Shown: positions 8,784 through 20,720, numbered from the stretch's first letter. The stretch: DNA of 59,494 nt from a virus (IMGVR_UViG_3300042991_000196:1-59494), one strand, 5' to 3'. Program-made: numbers and translations. Notes: a model not told the origin generated them from the sequence alone.

Positions 8784-9044
8784 TTAGAGGTTTGAGATTA
8801 TGCCTGTGAGGGCGTACAGTATGGGGATGATGATGAAAATGACGATGCCTGAATAGATGTGTTTCATGTGGTTAGGTTCGTTGATGGTTGATGGTTTGGG
8901 CTTCCAGATTGAGCTGATGGTTAGGTGCTTGTGGGTTTTGGCACATTGGTGGCAGCAATTGATGAGGTTTAGGTTTCGATCATCTAAACGTTCGTTTCGA
9001 TATGTGCTATTTGTTGGCTTGTGACAATAATGGCAAGTTGGCAT
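8784..9044 (-). CDS. Zn-finger protein with C-terminal TM helix
   Basis: CHYC..CHQC and IYSGIVIFIIIPILYALTGII. Confidence 0.65.
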   Translation of the reverse strand: MPTCHYCHKPTNSTYRNERLDDRNLNLINCCHQCAKTHKHLTISSIWKPKPSTINEPNHMKHIYSGIVIFIIIPILYALTGIISNL

Positions 9045-9158
9045 GGTTGGCTTCTTTTGGTTGAGTTTTGAATTGTTGTAGTATTTTGATGAGTAAATTC
9101 ATTTTGATGAATAATAAGTTCATTTCAGTTATAATTTCTTCAGTGTTTCGTGTTTGTT

Positions 9159-9374
9159 TCATTTTTGGTTGGCTCCTTTTGATGCTCGGTCAAGGATTTG
9201 TCTGATAGATTGGTCTGAATGAAATTGGATGAGTGCATTTAGTCGCAGATTCCAGTCTTTCGTAGGTTCGTTCCATTGACTCATTCTGAGTCTATGATTA
9301 AATTCTGAATAAGATTTGATTTTTGATATTTCTTGTTTTTGTTTGCGATAGTTATAAAGTTGGTTTGGTGTCAT
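9159..9374 (-). CDS. Hypothetical protein (start revised to MTPNQL)
   Basis: RBS AAGGAACCATCATG, as for ORF 7260; the longer ORF-track start overlaps the promoter. Confidence 0.6.
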   Translation of the reverse strand: MTPNQLYNYRKQKQEISKIKSYSEFNHRLRMSQWNEPTKDWNLRLNALIQFHSDQSIRQILDRASKGANQK

Positions 9375-9493
9375 GATGGTTCCTTTGCCGGATTTCCGGC
9401 CTTGGGGGTGATTGCCCTTATTGGGCGGTGCATGGTGGCCCTTATATATAGTGGGCCGGTTTGTGCGTGACGTGTAAAAACGGGTCATGATGA

Positions 9494-9522
9494 ACGGTAT
9501 CATAATGATTATGGGATGTCAA
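9494..9522 (-). promoter_or_regulatory. sigma70-type promoter with extended -10
   Basis: TTGACA-17 nt-TACCGT with TGn just upstream of -10. Confidence 0.65.
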
Positions 9523-9777
9523 GGGAAAAAGAAGGAAAAAATGGTGGTAAATGGTATTTTTAGTGTGCGGCCAGGAATGGTGCTGAATGACCCGTGACGG
9601 GTTTGTGGTGTTTTTGTGGCGGATGGTACGGAAATGGTATGGAAAGGGTGTGGCGGGGCGGTTTTGTGTGTTTTTTGGCCTATGCCGCCCGCCTTGAATT
9701 GTTTGTGATGCTGTTTTACTCAAGGCGAGCGGGTTTAACTGGTTTAGCTGGTTGACTGATTGATTGGCTTAGACTGG

Positions 9778-10323
9778 TTAGTCAAGGTTTTTCCATTCGG
9801 GTGGCGGGCTGAAGTCTGTTACGGATGATATTACTGACTCGGTTATATTTGGGTCATGGAAGGCTGAGGGTTTGACCCGGTTGAAGGTAGCGTTTATTTG
9901 AGTGTTCAAGCGAGTTTCTTGGGCTGCTTGGGTTGCTTGGGCTGATTCTTGTCTGCATTGATTGAAGAATCTTTCTTGTTCAAATTCGAGGGTAATTTGC
10001 TCGGTTGTTTTTTGTACTTGTTTTTGCATTTGTGCTGATTGTGATGGTTGATAGGTTGTTTTAGCCATAGCTGCTTGGATGGTAGTGTATGGGTCTATTT
10101 GATTTGCAGGTAATTTTTCTATTAGCTTGATAGCATCAATATCTGCTTGAGAAGTGTCTAATGAGGTATTGATTGAATGCTTTGATATCCAGTCAATGAT
10201 AATAAGTTTAGCTGCTTGGGATAATGATGAAATTGGTTGATTTGGTTCGAGAGTTATGAGGATGCGTAATGCGCGAGCTAATTGGTAATGGTTTAATCTG
10301 AAAGACATGTGTGCGCTTGACAT
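9778..10323 (-). CDS. Putative ribbon-helix-helix protein with Gln-rich tail (start revised)
   Basis: MSSAHMSFRLNHYQLARALRILITLEP; GGAG RBS before 10323. Confidence 0.65.
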   Translation of the reverse strand: MSSAHMSFRLNHYQLARALRILITLEPNQPISSLSQAAKLIIIDWISKHSINTSLDTSQADIDAIKLIEKLPANQIDPYTTIQAAMAKTTYQPSQSAQMQKQVQKTTEQITLEFEQERFFNQCRQESAQATQAAQETRLNTQINATFNRVKPSAFHDPNITESVISSVTDFSPPPEWKNLD

Positions 10324-10345
10324 AGTAATGCTCCATTGATGAGGG

Positions 10346-10648
10346 TTAATCTTTAAGTGTAAATAGTTTTTGTTTGATTTGTGGTAATGGGTCGAGTTGT
10401 TTGTTTTGGTTGAGATTTGCACGGGCATGGGAAATTTCTTGAAGTAATTCTGGATTAATGTTATATGGATCGATGTTATGTTGAGTGTTGTTAAAGTGTT
10501 CTGATTTTGCTATATAATCATTAAAAATAGTCCTAATTAAATCTGCTGGCGTTGTTAGTTGCCAGGTTGGGTCAAGTGTGCGAATTGCTCGCAGACCACG
10601 GGCAAGATGATAGTCGGAAATGCGAAAACTAACGGTTGGGCTTGACAT
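10346..10648 (-). CDS. Putative ribbon-helix-helix protein (paralogue family)
   Basis: MSSPTVSFRISDYHLARGLRAIRTLDP..ADLIRTIF. Confidence 0.65.
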   Translation of the reverse strand: MSSPTVSFRISDYHLARGLRAIRTLDPTWQLTTPADLIRTIFNDYIAKSEHFNNTQHNIDPYNINPELLQEISHARANLNQNKQLDPLPQIKQKLFTLKD

Positions 10649-10789
10649 GGTGATGGCTCCTTAATGAGGGTTGAGGTTAGTTGAGGTTGAGAGGATGAAA
10701 TTGCTGGATGGGTTTAGGATGGTGATGGCCTCCTGATGAGTGGGTTGATGGTTAATGAAACAGGTTAATGGTAAAGTTAAGGTTAAAGG

Positions 10790-11372
10790 TTTGTGGCTGA
10801 TTTGTGTGTGATTTGTGGATGATATGTGGCCATTTTAGCATGTTTGTAGCCGTTTGTCCACGGTTTTTGTGTGTGCGTTTGTGTGTGATTTGTGGCCGGT
10901 TGTGGCCGGTTGTGTGCGGGTTGTGCGTGTACAGTTGGCACCGGTTGTGGTTGATTGTGTGCGTTTTGTGTGTGATTTTTGGAGGGTTCGCGTGCGTAAG
11001 TGGTTGATTTTAGGGGGGAAAATCTGTTTGTGTGGCCGATTGTGTGCGTTTTGTGTCCATTTGTACACACCCCCCCCCTCCTGACACTAAAAGTTAGGGT
11101 ATCAAAAAAAAATTTTAAGAGACTAAGAACCTACCCCCCCCCTAACAGCTTTGAAGGGGGGGGAGTGTACATTTGGACACATATCACACACAAACGACCA
11201 TCCAATATCCATAAAGCATTGAAATCATTACCTTTTATTCGTGAATTTTGTGTGCGTTTGTCACACATTCGGACACATATCACATACAAATGGTGCCAAG
11301 CGTACACGCATAAAAGTGTTTTTTGTGTGTGCGTTTGTGTGCGTTTGTGGGTTGTTTGTGTGTGATTTGTAG
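10790..11372. repeat. GT-rich iteron-like array around an imperfect inverted repeat with poly-C/poly-G tracts (candidate origin or end signal)
   Basis: About a dozen TTGTGTG(C/T)G(T/A)TT-like units; tgtgtccatttgtacacaC9 mirrored by G8agtgtacatttggacaca. Confidence 0.75.
10997..11009 (-). promoter_or_regulatory. IHF-consensus site
   Basis: AATCAACCACTTA matches WATCAANNNNTTR; 13-bp shared with 50604-50616. Confidence 0.55.
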
Positions 11373-11686
11373 CTATTTATGGCCATTTGTTCATGGAAAA
11401 ATGGTTTTAGACGTACAGATTTAATTTTATTATACGTCAACATACCTTTTTTTAGTGTCCATAGGCTAAAAAGCCATAAAAAGCCCGTCACGGCATGAAC
11501 GCCTTCAAGCATGCGCTGATAGCACCATAAAGGTGAAAATAGCGTGGCAGTGCCTTTATGGCCGTTTTTAAGGGTATTCAGGATGAACGGGACGGGGTGG
11601 ACAAACAAAGGGCCGGTCAACCAGGACGGTCAACCAGGGCGGTTTAATAGTTTAATCACTTAAAACTATTCAAGGCGCTTAAACGT

Positions 11687-11723
11687 AAAAAGCCCGATAC
11701 AGTTATTTCTAACCATATCGGGC
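11687..11723 (-). terminator. Intrinsic terminator after ORF 11749-12183
   Basis: gcccgata/tatcgggc stem followed by T5 on minus strand. Confidence 0.75.
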
Positions 11724-11748
11724 AAAATTAAGGTTGTACTTGAAGTTT

Positions 11749-12183
11749 TTAGCTGAAACGAGCGATTAACTCGGATATTTCTTCAGGTGATAAGGCACTT
11801 AGGGCATTGGTCGCCTTTTCTGCTGGCGTGAGCGCTCCCACAGGTTTTGTTGAAGTAGTCCACTTGCGATTATCAACACTGTTTTGGCCAATCTCAGGTG
11901 ACCATGTTCCCTTGACCATGCGTTTGAATGTTGCACGGTCGGAAATCAGCCAATCGTTAATACCTGCTTGCAATAAAGACAGCAAGCAATCATGCTCCTG
12001 AGCCCAAGCAAGGAATTGCTCCTCATCGTCGAAGATCGATGATGTTGGATAGTGTTCTCGCGGCAGAGTATGGGCGACATTGCCCCTATCTTGACGAAGA
12101 ATTACTCCTTTCTTGTCTACCATGAATGGTACAGAAGTTTCGGTTTTCAGCGTGTCGAGAGTAATGTAAATGGATTGGGACAT
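11749..12183 (-). CDS. Hypothetical early protein, probable distant paralogue of 2618-2983
   Basis: Own promoter and terminator; shared IS.RA..R, W and EKA..AL..L.PE motifs. Confidence 0.75.
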   Translation of the reverse strand: MSQSIYITLDTLKTETSVPFMVDKKGVILRQDRGNVAHTLPREHYPTSSIFDDEEQFLAWAQEHDCLLSLLQAGINDWLISDRATFKRMVKGTWSPEIGQNSVDNRKWTTSTKPVGALTPAEKATNALSALSPEEISELIARFS

Positions 12184-12251
12184 GGTAAATTTCCTTATAA
12201 AGAAAAAAAATGTTGAGCGACTCGAAAACGATTTTCAAGTCTAATGTGAGT

Positions 12252-12280
12252 AGTTTAATAACTTGCTCAGGTTATGTCAA
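12252..12280 (-). promoter_or_regulatory. sigma70 early promoter
   Basis: TTGACA-17-TAAACT. Confidence 0.75.
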
Positions 12281-12282
12281 GT

Positions 12283-12462
12283 TTAATCTGGTTCAATTAT
12301 GTAGGCGCATCTACCACCACACTTGCATACGATGCAATCACCTATCTGCCAGTTTTCAGGCAGAGACTCCATAAATTCTCTGCCACAATCGTAACAGGTT
12401 ACATCTGATCCTACGTTATCGCCAGATTCAAAAACTACAAATTGTTGAGTTGTTTTGATCAT
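12283..12462 (-). CDS. 59-aa Zn-ribbon protein, first gene of early arm (not in ORF track)
   Basis: MIKTTQQFVVFESGDNVGSDVTCYDCGREF..CIVCKCGGRC; AAGGAG RBS. Confidence 0.75.
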   Translation of the reverse strand: MIKTTQQFVVFESGDNVGSDVTCYDCGREFMESLPENWQIGDCIVCKCGGRCAYIIEPD

Positions 12463-12513
12463 GATAAATCTCCTTCAAGGTTAAGGTTATTCTTTAACTA
12501 CTGGCCTGACTTC

Positions 12514-12742
12514 ACTTTACTAACTGCTTTGATACTTGTCAAGAAGAAAATTGATTACAGTTTCAGCCCTCCGGGTTGGTTATCTGATTACAGTTTTCTT
12601 CCTGATAATTCTAATATACTGTCTTGTTTATTTTCTGTCAAGTTTTATTTTGAGATAGTTTTTAATCAATTAAAGTGTGTCGATTGATTATAGTTTTCTC
12701 TTTGATTGTTTATATATTAGTAAACTGTTTTTGTTTTGTCAA
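12514..12742 (-). promoter_or_regulatory. Three tandem sigma70 early promoters at ~100-bp period
   Basis: TTGACA-17-TAAAGT (12514-12542), TTGACA-17-TATATT (12613-12641), TTGACA-17-TAATAT (12714-12742). Confidence 0.8.
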
Positions 12743-12998
12743 GTTTTATTTTTGCTCCAGTTTTATGGTTGATTATTGTTGATTGATTTTTTCCAGTTGT
12801 TTTGGTGGTCAGGTGTTTTGTTTTGCCCTGGTTTTGTGCGGATGCTCACTGCCTGGGAACAATTTTCTTTTGTGCGGAACTGCCTTCAGGGCGATGCCTC
12901 GGTTTGCGCGTGTCAGATAAGGCTTTTCCCTACAGTTTGCGAATTTTTTACTGGAATAAATGCCGTCATTTGGTGGCAAAAAGAGTAAAAAATTTCCC

Positions 12999-13026
12999 TT
13001 GCAATCCCTCAAAAAAGTGTTATCAT
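12999..13026 (+). promoter_or_regulatory. Candidate promoter for packaging/structural arm
   Basis: TTGCAA-16-TATCAT with TGn extension. Confidence 0.5.
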
Positions 13027-13098
13027 GACATAAACATTTTTATTGTGTGAGCGGCCTGGACAAAACTAAACAAAAACCATACTCAGTCAGACTAAACC

Positions 13099-13782
13099 AT
13101 GCTCAAAGAACTTCGCACCCAGCATCGAACCATCATTCAGATGGCTTTTAATGGCTATCGCAACAAAGACATCGCCGAGCGCATGGAAATGAGCGACTGC
13201 ACAGTCTCCCAGATCATTCGCTCACCTCTCGGCCAGGCATACCTCAAAGGAATGCAAGACAAGGCCCAAGAAGCTACACTGGACGTGCGTAAAAAACTCA
13301 TCACATTAAATGCCAGCGCTCTCAACGTCCTTGAGCGCGTAATGAATCCAGCCGAAAAAGCACCTCACAGCGTCCAGCTCACTGCAGCAAAAGATGTTCT
13401 CGACCGATCAGGCTACAAAGCACCCGACAGACTCCATGTTGACATGACCTTACAAACCAAAACCGACCAAGAAATCGACGCTGAAATCAACGCCATGCAA
13501 CAAAGCATCGCCAAAACCTACACGCAAAGCCCGAACCAAGTTGCGACCATCACAACTCTACCACAGTCCCAGCTATCAAACCACCCGAACATAGCACAAA
13601 ATGAGTTTGATCCGTTCACCGATGAACACCAAGACGAGGGACTGGAAACTGGGCAAGCCACAGAAATTGATCCAGACTTAGCATACTTAAACGATACATT
13701 CGAATTTCCTGAAGAATCACAGTTCTCTGAAGAATCCCTACTACTAAGCAAAATACCAGCAAACATTTTTCAGTCAAATTAA
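13099..13782 (+). CDS. Putative terminase small subunit
   Basis: N-terminal HTH, AAKDVLDRSG motif, acidic tail, directly upstream of TerL. Confidence 0.7.
   Translation: MLKELRTQHRTIIQMAFNGYRNKDIAERMEMSDCTVSQIIRSPLGQAYLKGMQDKAQEATLDVRKKLITLNASALNVLERVMNPAEKAPHSVQLTAAKDVLDRSGYKAPDRLHVDMTLQTKTDQEIDAEINAMQQSIAKTYTQSPNQVATITTLPQSQLSNHPNIAQNEFDPFTDEHQDEGLETGQATEIDPDLAYLNDTFEFPEESQFSEESLLLSKIPANIFQSN
13613..13628. promoter_or_regulatory. YGTTCA-N4-TGAACR palindrome copy 2
   Basis: cgttcaccgatgaaca within terS tail. Confidence 0.7.
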
Positions 13783-13796
13783 CTCACAAGCACAAC

Positions 13797-13832
13797 AACC
13801 ATACGAATGGGGAGCGAAGCGACCCCTGATTT
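13797..13832 (+). repeat. AACCATACGAAT-[GGGGAGCGAAGCGA]-CCCCTGATTT element
   Basis: Matches 6998-7019(-) with a GCGAAGC hairpin insert; 21 bp identical at 18881-18901. Confidence 0.8.
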
Positions 13833-13852
13833 GGTCCAGGACATATAATTAA

Positions 13853-15367
13853 ATGCAAGAGCTTAGTCAAAATATTATTCCATCAGCCGATCAAATTGCA
13901 GCAGACATTTCTCTGCTCAATCGTGACCAGAAGGAACAATATCTTAAACTCTTGAAAGAAAAAGCAACTCGCATCAAACAAAACCGTATCATCCAATACT
14001 ATCCAGAGGCGGGACCACTCAGTCGCCATAACTATACAAAGCACATGGCCTTCTTTGCAGCTGGGGCTAAGTTTCCTGAGCGTTGCATCATGGCTGCAAA
14101 CCGTATTGGCAAGTCAGAGGGAATTGGTGCATACGAAATGACTTTACATCTTACTGGCCGCTACCCTGATTGGTGGGCCGGTAAGAGATTCACGCAACCA
14201 ATAACTGCATGGGCTTGTGGAACAACATCAACAACTGCCCGGGACATCGTCCAGTTCAAACTTGTCGGAACTCCTGAAGAACATGGAACTGGTCTCATAC
14301 CTGAAAAATACATCATCAAGACAACTCCTCGCGCTGGTGGTGTCCCAAATGCCATAGACACAATTCTTGTCCAGCATATATCAGGTGGCCTTTCACGATG
14401 CAAAATCAAATCGTATGCTGAAGGCCGCAAATCTTTTGAAGGAACTGAGCAAGACATCATTTGGCTCGATGAAGAATGTCCTCTCGATATCTATACAGAA
14501 TGCTTGACCAGAACCATGACAACCAACGGCCTGATCATGCTAACCTTCACGCCACTTGCAGGACTTACTGAAACAGTCCTCCAGTTTATGCCTGAAGGAA
14601 AGATTCAAGAGCATCAAGAAGGTTCACGCTTTCTCATTCAAGCAACTTGGGATGATGCACCCCATCTCACGACAGAACAAAAAGAGAAACTCTTTGCTGC
14701 CTTGCCACCACATCAACGAGAAGCGCGATCAAAAGGAGTTCCTCAACTTGGCTCAGGTGCAATCTTTCCAATTCTTGAATCAAACATTACCGTGGCAGAT
14801 TTTCCCATTCCAGACCACTGGTTACGTGCTTATGCCCTTGATGTTGGCTGGAAGAAAACTGCATGCCTTTGGGCAGCAATTGACCCGACAAGTAATATCA
14901 CTTTCCTTTACTCTGAATATTATCAAGGTCAAGCAGAGCCAGTAATCCATGCTGAGGGCATCAAAGCTCGTGGATTTTGGATTCCAGGCGTAATAGATAG
15001 TGCTGCACATGGCAGATCCCAAGAAGATGGTAAGCAACTCTTTGAAATTTACATGACCTTGGGCTTAGACATCACAAATGCTAACAAATCAGTCGAGTCT
15101 GGTCTTTATAAAGTTTGGCAAATGCTCGCAACGAACAAACTTAAAGTCTTCGGATCACTTGTCAACTGGTTTTCTGAATTTCGCATCTATCGTCGGGATG
15201 AACATGGGTCAATAGTCAAAGATCGTGACCATCTGATGGACTGCACTCGTTACTTAGTTATGTCTGGTCTTGATCGAGCAATTGCAACTCCATATTGGGA
15301 ACATATGGCTTGGGAAGACAGCGAAATCTATAACGAATCAGAAACTAATTGTATTACAGGATATTAG
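13853..15367 (+). CDS. terL: Terminase large subunit (P22-like)
   Basis: AANRIGKS Walker A, IWLDEE Walker B, TFTP, ALDVG and DHLMDCTRY nuclease motifs. Confidence 0.95.
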   Translation: MQELSQNIIPSADQIAADISLLNRDQKEQYLKLLKEKATRIKQNRIIQYYPEAGPLSRHNYTKHMAFFAAGAKFPERCIMAANRIGKSEGIGAYEMTLHLTGRYPDWWAGKRFTQPITAWACGTTSTTARDIVQFKLVGTPEEHGTGLIPEKYIIKTTPRAGGVPNAIDTILVQHISGGLSRCKIKSYAEGRKSFEGTEQDIIWLDEECPLDIYTECLTRTMTTNGLIMLTFTPLAGLTETVLQFMPEGKIQEHQEGSRFLIQATWDDAPHLTTEQKEKLFAALPPHQREARSKGVPQLGSGAIFPILESNITVADFPIPDHWLRAYALDVGWKKTACLWAAIDPTSNITFLYSEYYQGQAEPVIHAEGIKARGFWIPGVIDSAAHGRSQEDGKQLFEIYMTLGLDITNANKSVESGLYKVWQMLATNKLKVFGSLVNWFSEFRIYRRDEHGSIVKDRDHLMDCTRYLVMSGLDRAIATPYWEHMAWEDSEIYNESETNCITGY

Positions 15368-15377
15368 GTAACAGACA

Positions 15378-18109
<2,732 letters not shown>

Positions 18110-18124
18110 TTAGGGGAGCATGAG

Positions 18125-18367
18125 ATGATTAGTGCAGAACAGTTTGCAGAATGGAAAGAACATCCGGTAACAAAAGAAATCTTTAAAGAGATTCGGCAAT
18201 GTCGAGATGGACTGAGAGATCAATTAGCTGATGGATGTACACTTGGTGGTAGTTCACATGATACGCATGGACTAACTAATAGATTAGTTGGTCAATTAGA
18301 TGGACTTAATCAGTTATTAAGTATTTCTTATGCAGGGGCTGAGCTCGAGGAAGAAGCTGATAGTTAG
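18125..18367 (+). CDS. Conserved head-module protein
   Basis: EWKEHPVTK motif; between portal and GroES. Confidence 0.7.
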   Translation: MISAEQFAEWKEHPVTKEIFKEIRQCRDGLRDQLADGCTLGGSSHDTHGLTNRLVGQLDGLNQLLSISYAGAELEEEADS

Positions 18368-18412
18368 AGTGATAATTAAGTTGTGCTAATATTTATTTAA
18401 AAGGGTGATATT

Positions 18413-18742
18413 ATGGAAGAGATCAAAGACATTAATCAATCAGGGATAGTTCCTACTGGTGGGCACTTGTTGGTGATGCCTGATAAGGTAGAAGAACGAA
18501 CTAAGGGCGGAATTATTTTGCCTCAAGAAACACGGGATAAAGAACAAACGGCGGCAACAGTTGGGACTTTGATTGCTGTTGGTTCTGGTGCATGGGCTGA
18601 TATTGATGATGGCTCACCTTGGGCTATTGTTGGTGACAGAGTTAGTTATGCACGATATGCTGGTGTTTCGATGCTTGGGCAAGATAATGAAACTTATATA
18701 TTGATTAATGACAATGATGTTCTTGCAAAATTACTCTTTTAA
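18413..18742 (+). CDS. groES: GroES-like co-chaperonin
   Basis: EERTKGGIILP mobile loop, VGDRV.YARYAG, DVLA. Confidence 0.9.
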   Translation: MEEIKDINQSGIVPTGGHLLVMPDKVEERTKGGIILPQETRDKEQTAATVGTLIAVGSGAWADIDDGSPWAIVGDRVSYARYAGVSMLGQDNETYILINDNDVLAKLLF

Positions 18743-18754
18743 ATAGGTGTTATT

Positions 18755-19678
18755 ATGGCAGAAGATTTTATTGATGATATTATTGGTGGAGTAGCTGAGA
18801 TCAAGTCAGAAGCAGAAATGGTTGCTGAACTTAAAGATGCTACTGGTGAAAAAGATGCTAAGGTATCTGAACAAAACAATGGGAGCGAAGCGACCCCTGA
18901 TGAAGCTCAGGAAAGTGTTGCTAAAGGAAATGATCTGCCTGATGTTAAGGAATTAGCTACACAATTAGGTTGGAGAGAAAATCATCAAGGTGAAGATGCT
19001 GTTGATGCGGCGACATATATTTTGAGATCGAAAGATATTCAAAAGTCAATGAGTCAACATAATAAGGACTTGAAGGATCAGCTTCATGCTTTGAATAATT
19101 CTGTTAATGCGCTGAAAGTGCATAATGAAAGTGTTTATAAGGCTGAAGTAAAGAAGCTGGAGAGTGAAGTTGCTGAATTAAAAAAAGAACGTACAGCCGC
19201 GATTGAATTGGCTGATGTCGAAAAAGTTGAAGAGCTTGACAAGCAAATTGATGAAAAACAAAAAGATCTTGATGGGCCAAAAGTTACGGAACAAGTTCAG
19301 CATGTTGCTAATCCTATTTATGATGAATGGGTGAAGAATAATGGATGGTATTTAGAAAATGATGAGATGGCTAAGTTTGCTGATGCGGTAGCCCAGCAAT
19401 ATGTAGGTGCTCCGCTTGATCGAGTTTATAATCTTGTGCGAACAAAAGTACAGGAAGTATTTCCTGAAAAATTTGAAAGTGATAAGACCACGAATCAAGT
19501 TAAAACTCCTGTAGGGCCTCCAAGTCCTGTTGAAAGGTCTTCGGCAAAAGGAAATAATGTGTCATTTACTAAAGCTGATTTGACTGATAATCAAGTGCAA
19601 ATTATGAATCAGTTTGTTCGGGGTGGTATTATGACAGAAGATCAGTATATTGCTGATATTGCAAAAATGCAAGCATAA
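18755..19678 (+). CDS. Putative scaffolding protein
   Basis: Acidic coiled coil, LGW and WVKNNGWY motifs, upstream of capsid genes. Confidence 0.7.
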   Translation: MAEDFIDDIIGGVAEIKSEAEMVAELKDATGEKDAKVSEQNNGSEATPDEAQESVAKGNDLPDVKELATQLGWRENHQGEDAVDAATYILRSKDIQKSMSQHNKDLKDQLHALNNSVNALKVHNESVYKAEVKKLESEVAELKKERTAAIELADVEKVEELDKQIDEKQKDLDGPKVTEQVQHVANPIYDEWVKNNGWYLENDEMAKFADAVAQQYVGAPLDRVYNLVRTKVQEVFPEKFESDKTTNQVKTPVGPPSPVERSSAKGNNVSFTKADLTDNQVQIMNQFVRGGIMTEDQYIADIAKMQA

Positions 19679-19689
19679 ATAATGGGTGA

Positions 19690-20106
19690 ATGTTAATGGA
19701 TGATTTAGATAAGGTAAAGAGTGTTAATGGTGAGTCACCAAGAAAAAGAATTCCTTTGGGTACACGGAATGTCTTAACTGCACCGAAAAAAGTCGGGTTC
19801 GTGCGCCGATTTGTAAATGATAAGGGTGATAGAATTGAGAGTTTTAAGGATGCTGGCTGGAATATTGCTGATGATAAAGTGCAGGTTGGTGATCCTAAAA
19901 TTGGACGAGCTGGTTCGTTAGGAAGCCTGACAAATCCTCATGTCGGTGGTGGTCAGCGTGCTGTATTGATGGAAATTCCAGAAGGTCTTTATAATGAAGA
20001 TCGTGCAGTTTCTCAAGCTAAAATTACTAAGATTGAAAATGAGATTAAAAGAACCTCAAAAAATCCTGGTAGAGATGGCTTGAATGGTGAGGTAAGTATT
20101 TCATAA
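19690..20106 (+). CDS. Conserved head-module protein
   Basis: GFVRRFVND..GW..VLMEIP; position. Confidence 0.7.
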   Translation: MLMDDLDKVKSVNGESPRKRIPLGTRNVLTAPKKVGFVRRFVNDKGDRIESFKDAGWNIADDKVQVGDPKIGRAGSLGSLTNPHVGGGQRAVLMEIPEGLYNEDRAVSQAKITKIENEIKRTSKNPGRDGLNGEVSIS

Positions 20107-20132
20107 AGTAATAATCTAAGTGGAGTTATATT

Positions 20133-20720
20133 ATGGCGAATCTTGATACTCCATTCGGGCTTAAACCGGTTAAACATTTGACTGGTGCGCCCTGGAATGG
20201 AAAAGTAAATGTTTATTATGTTCCTGCAACTGATGCTACTGCATTGTTTAAGGGTGATGCAGTTAAAAGTGCTGGCTCTGCTGATGCTACTGGTAAGTTT
20301 CCTACAGTTGCTCAGGTAGTCGCTGGTGATGCAGTTAGAGGAGTTATTGTAGGGTTTGGTGATAATCCTTATGTTATGACTCATCCTGATGCACCTAATC
20401 GTGATTACAGGCCTGCATCTACTGCAATGTATGTTTTTGTAGTTGATGATCCGAGTGTCATTTTTGAGGTACAGGAAGATAGTGTTGGTGGTGCTTTAGT
20501 TGCTGCTGATGTTGGTTTGAGTGCAGATATTGTTGTTGCTGCTGGTAGTACTGCTACTGGTAAAAGTGCAATGGAACTTGATTCAAGTACTAAGGTTGCA
20601 ACTGCAGCTACATGTAAAGTGCTTCGTGTTATTGATCGCGAAGATAATGAACTTGGAACTAATGCTAAGTGGGAAGTATTGATTGCTGAGCATGAGATGA
20701 ATTTGGCTACTGGTGTATAA
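20133..20720 (+). CDS. Capsid decoration/cement protein
   Basis: MANLDTPFGLKP..FKGDAV..VDDP..FEVQ; immediately before major capsid. Confidence 0.7.
   Translation: MANLDTPFGLKPVKHLTGAPWNGKVNVYYVPATDATALFKGDAVKSAGSADATGKFPTVAQVVAGDAVRGVIVGFGDNPYVMTHPDAPNRDYRPASTAMYVFVVDDPSVIFEVQEDSVGGALVAADVGLSADIVVAAGSTATGKSAMELDSSTKVATAATCKVLRVIDREDNELGTNAKWEVLIAEHEMNLATGV

Noticed and set aside
10783-11620. Overlapping ORFs on both strands
   Set aside because: Low-complexity products of the GT repeats with no RBS; treated as non-coding
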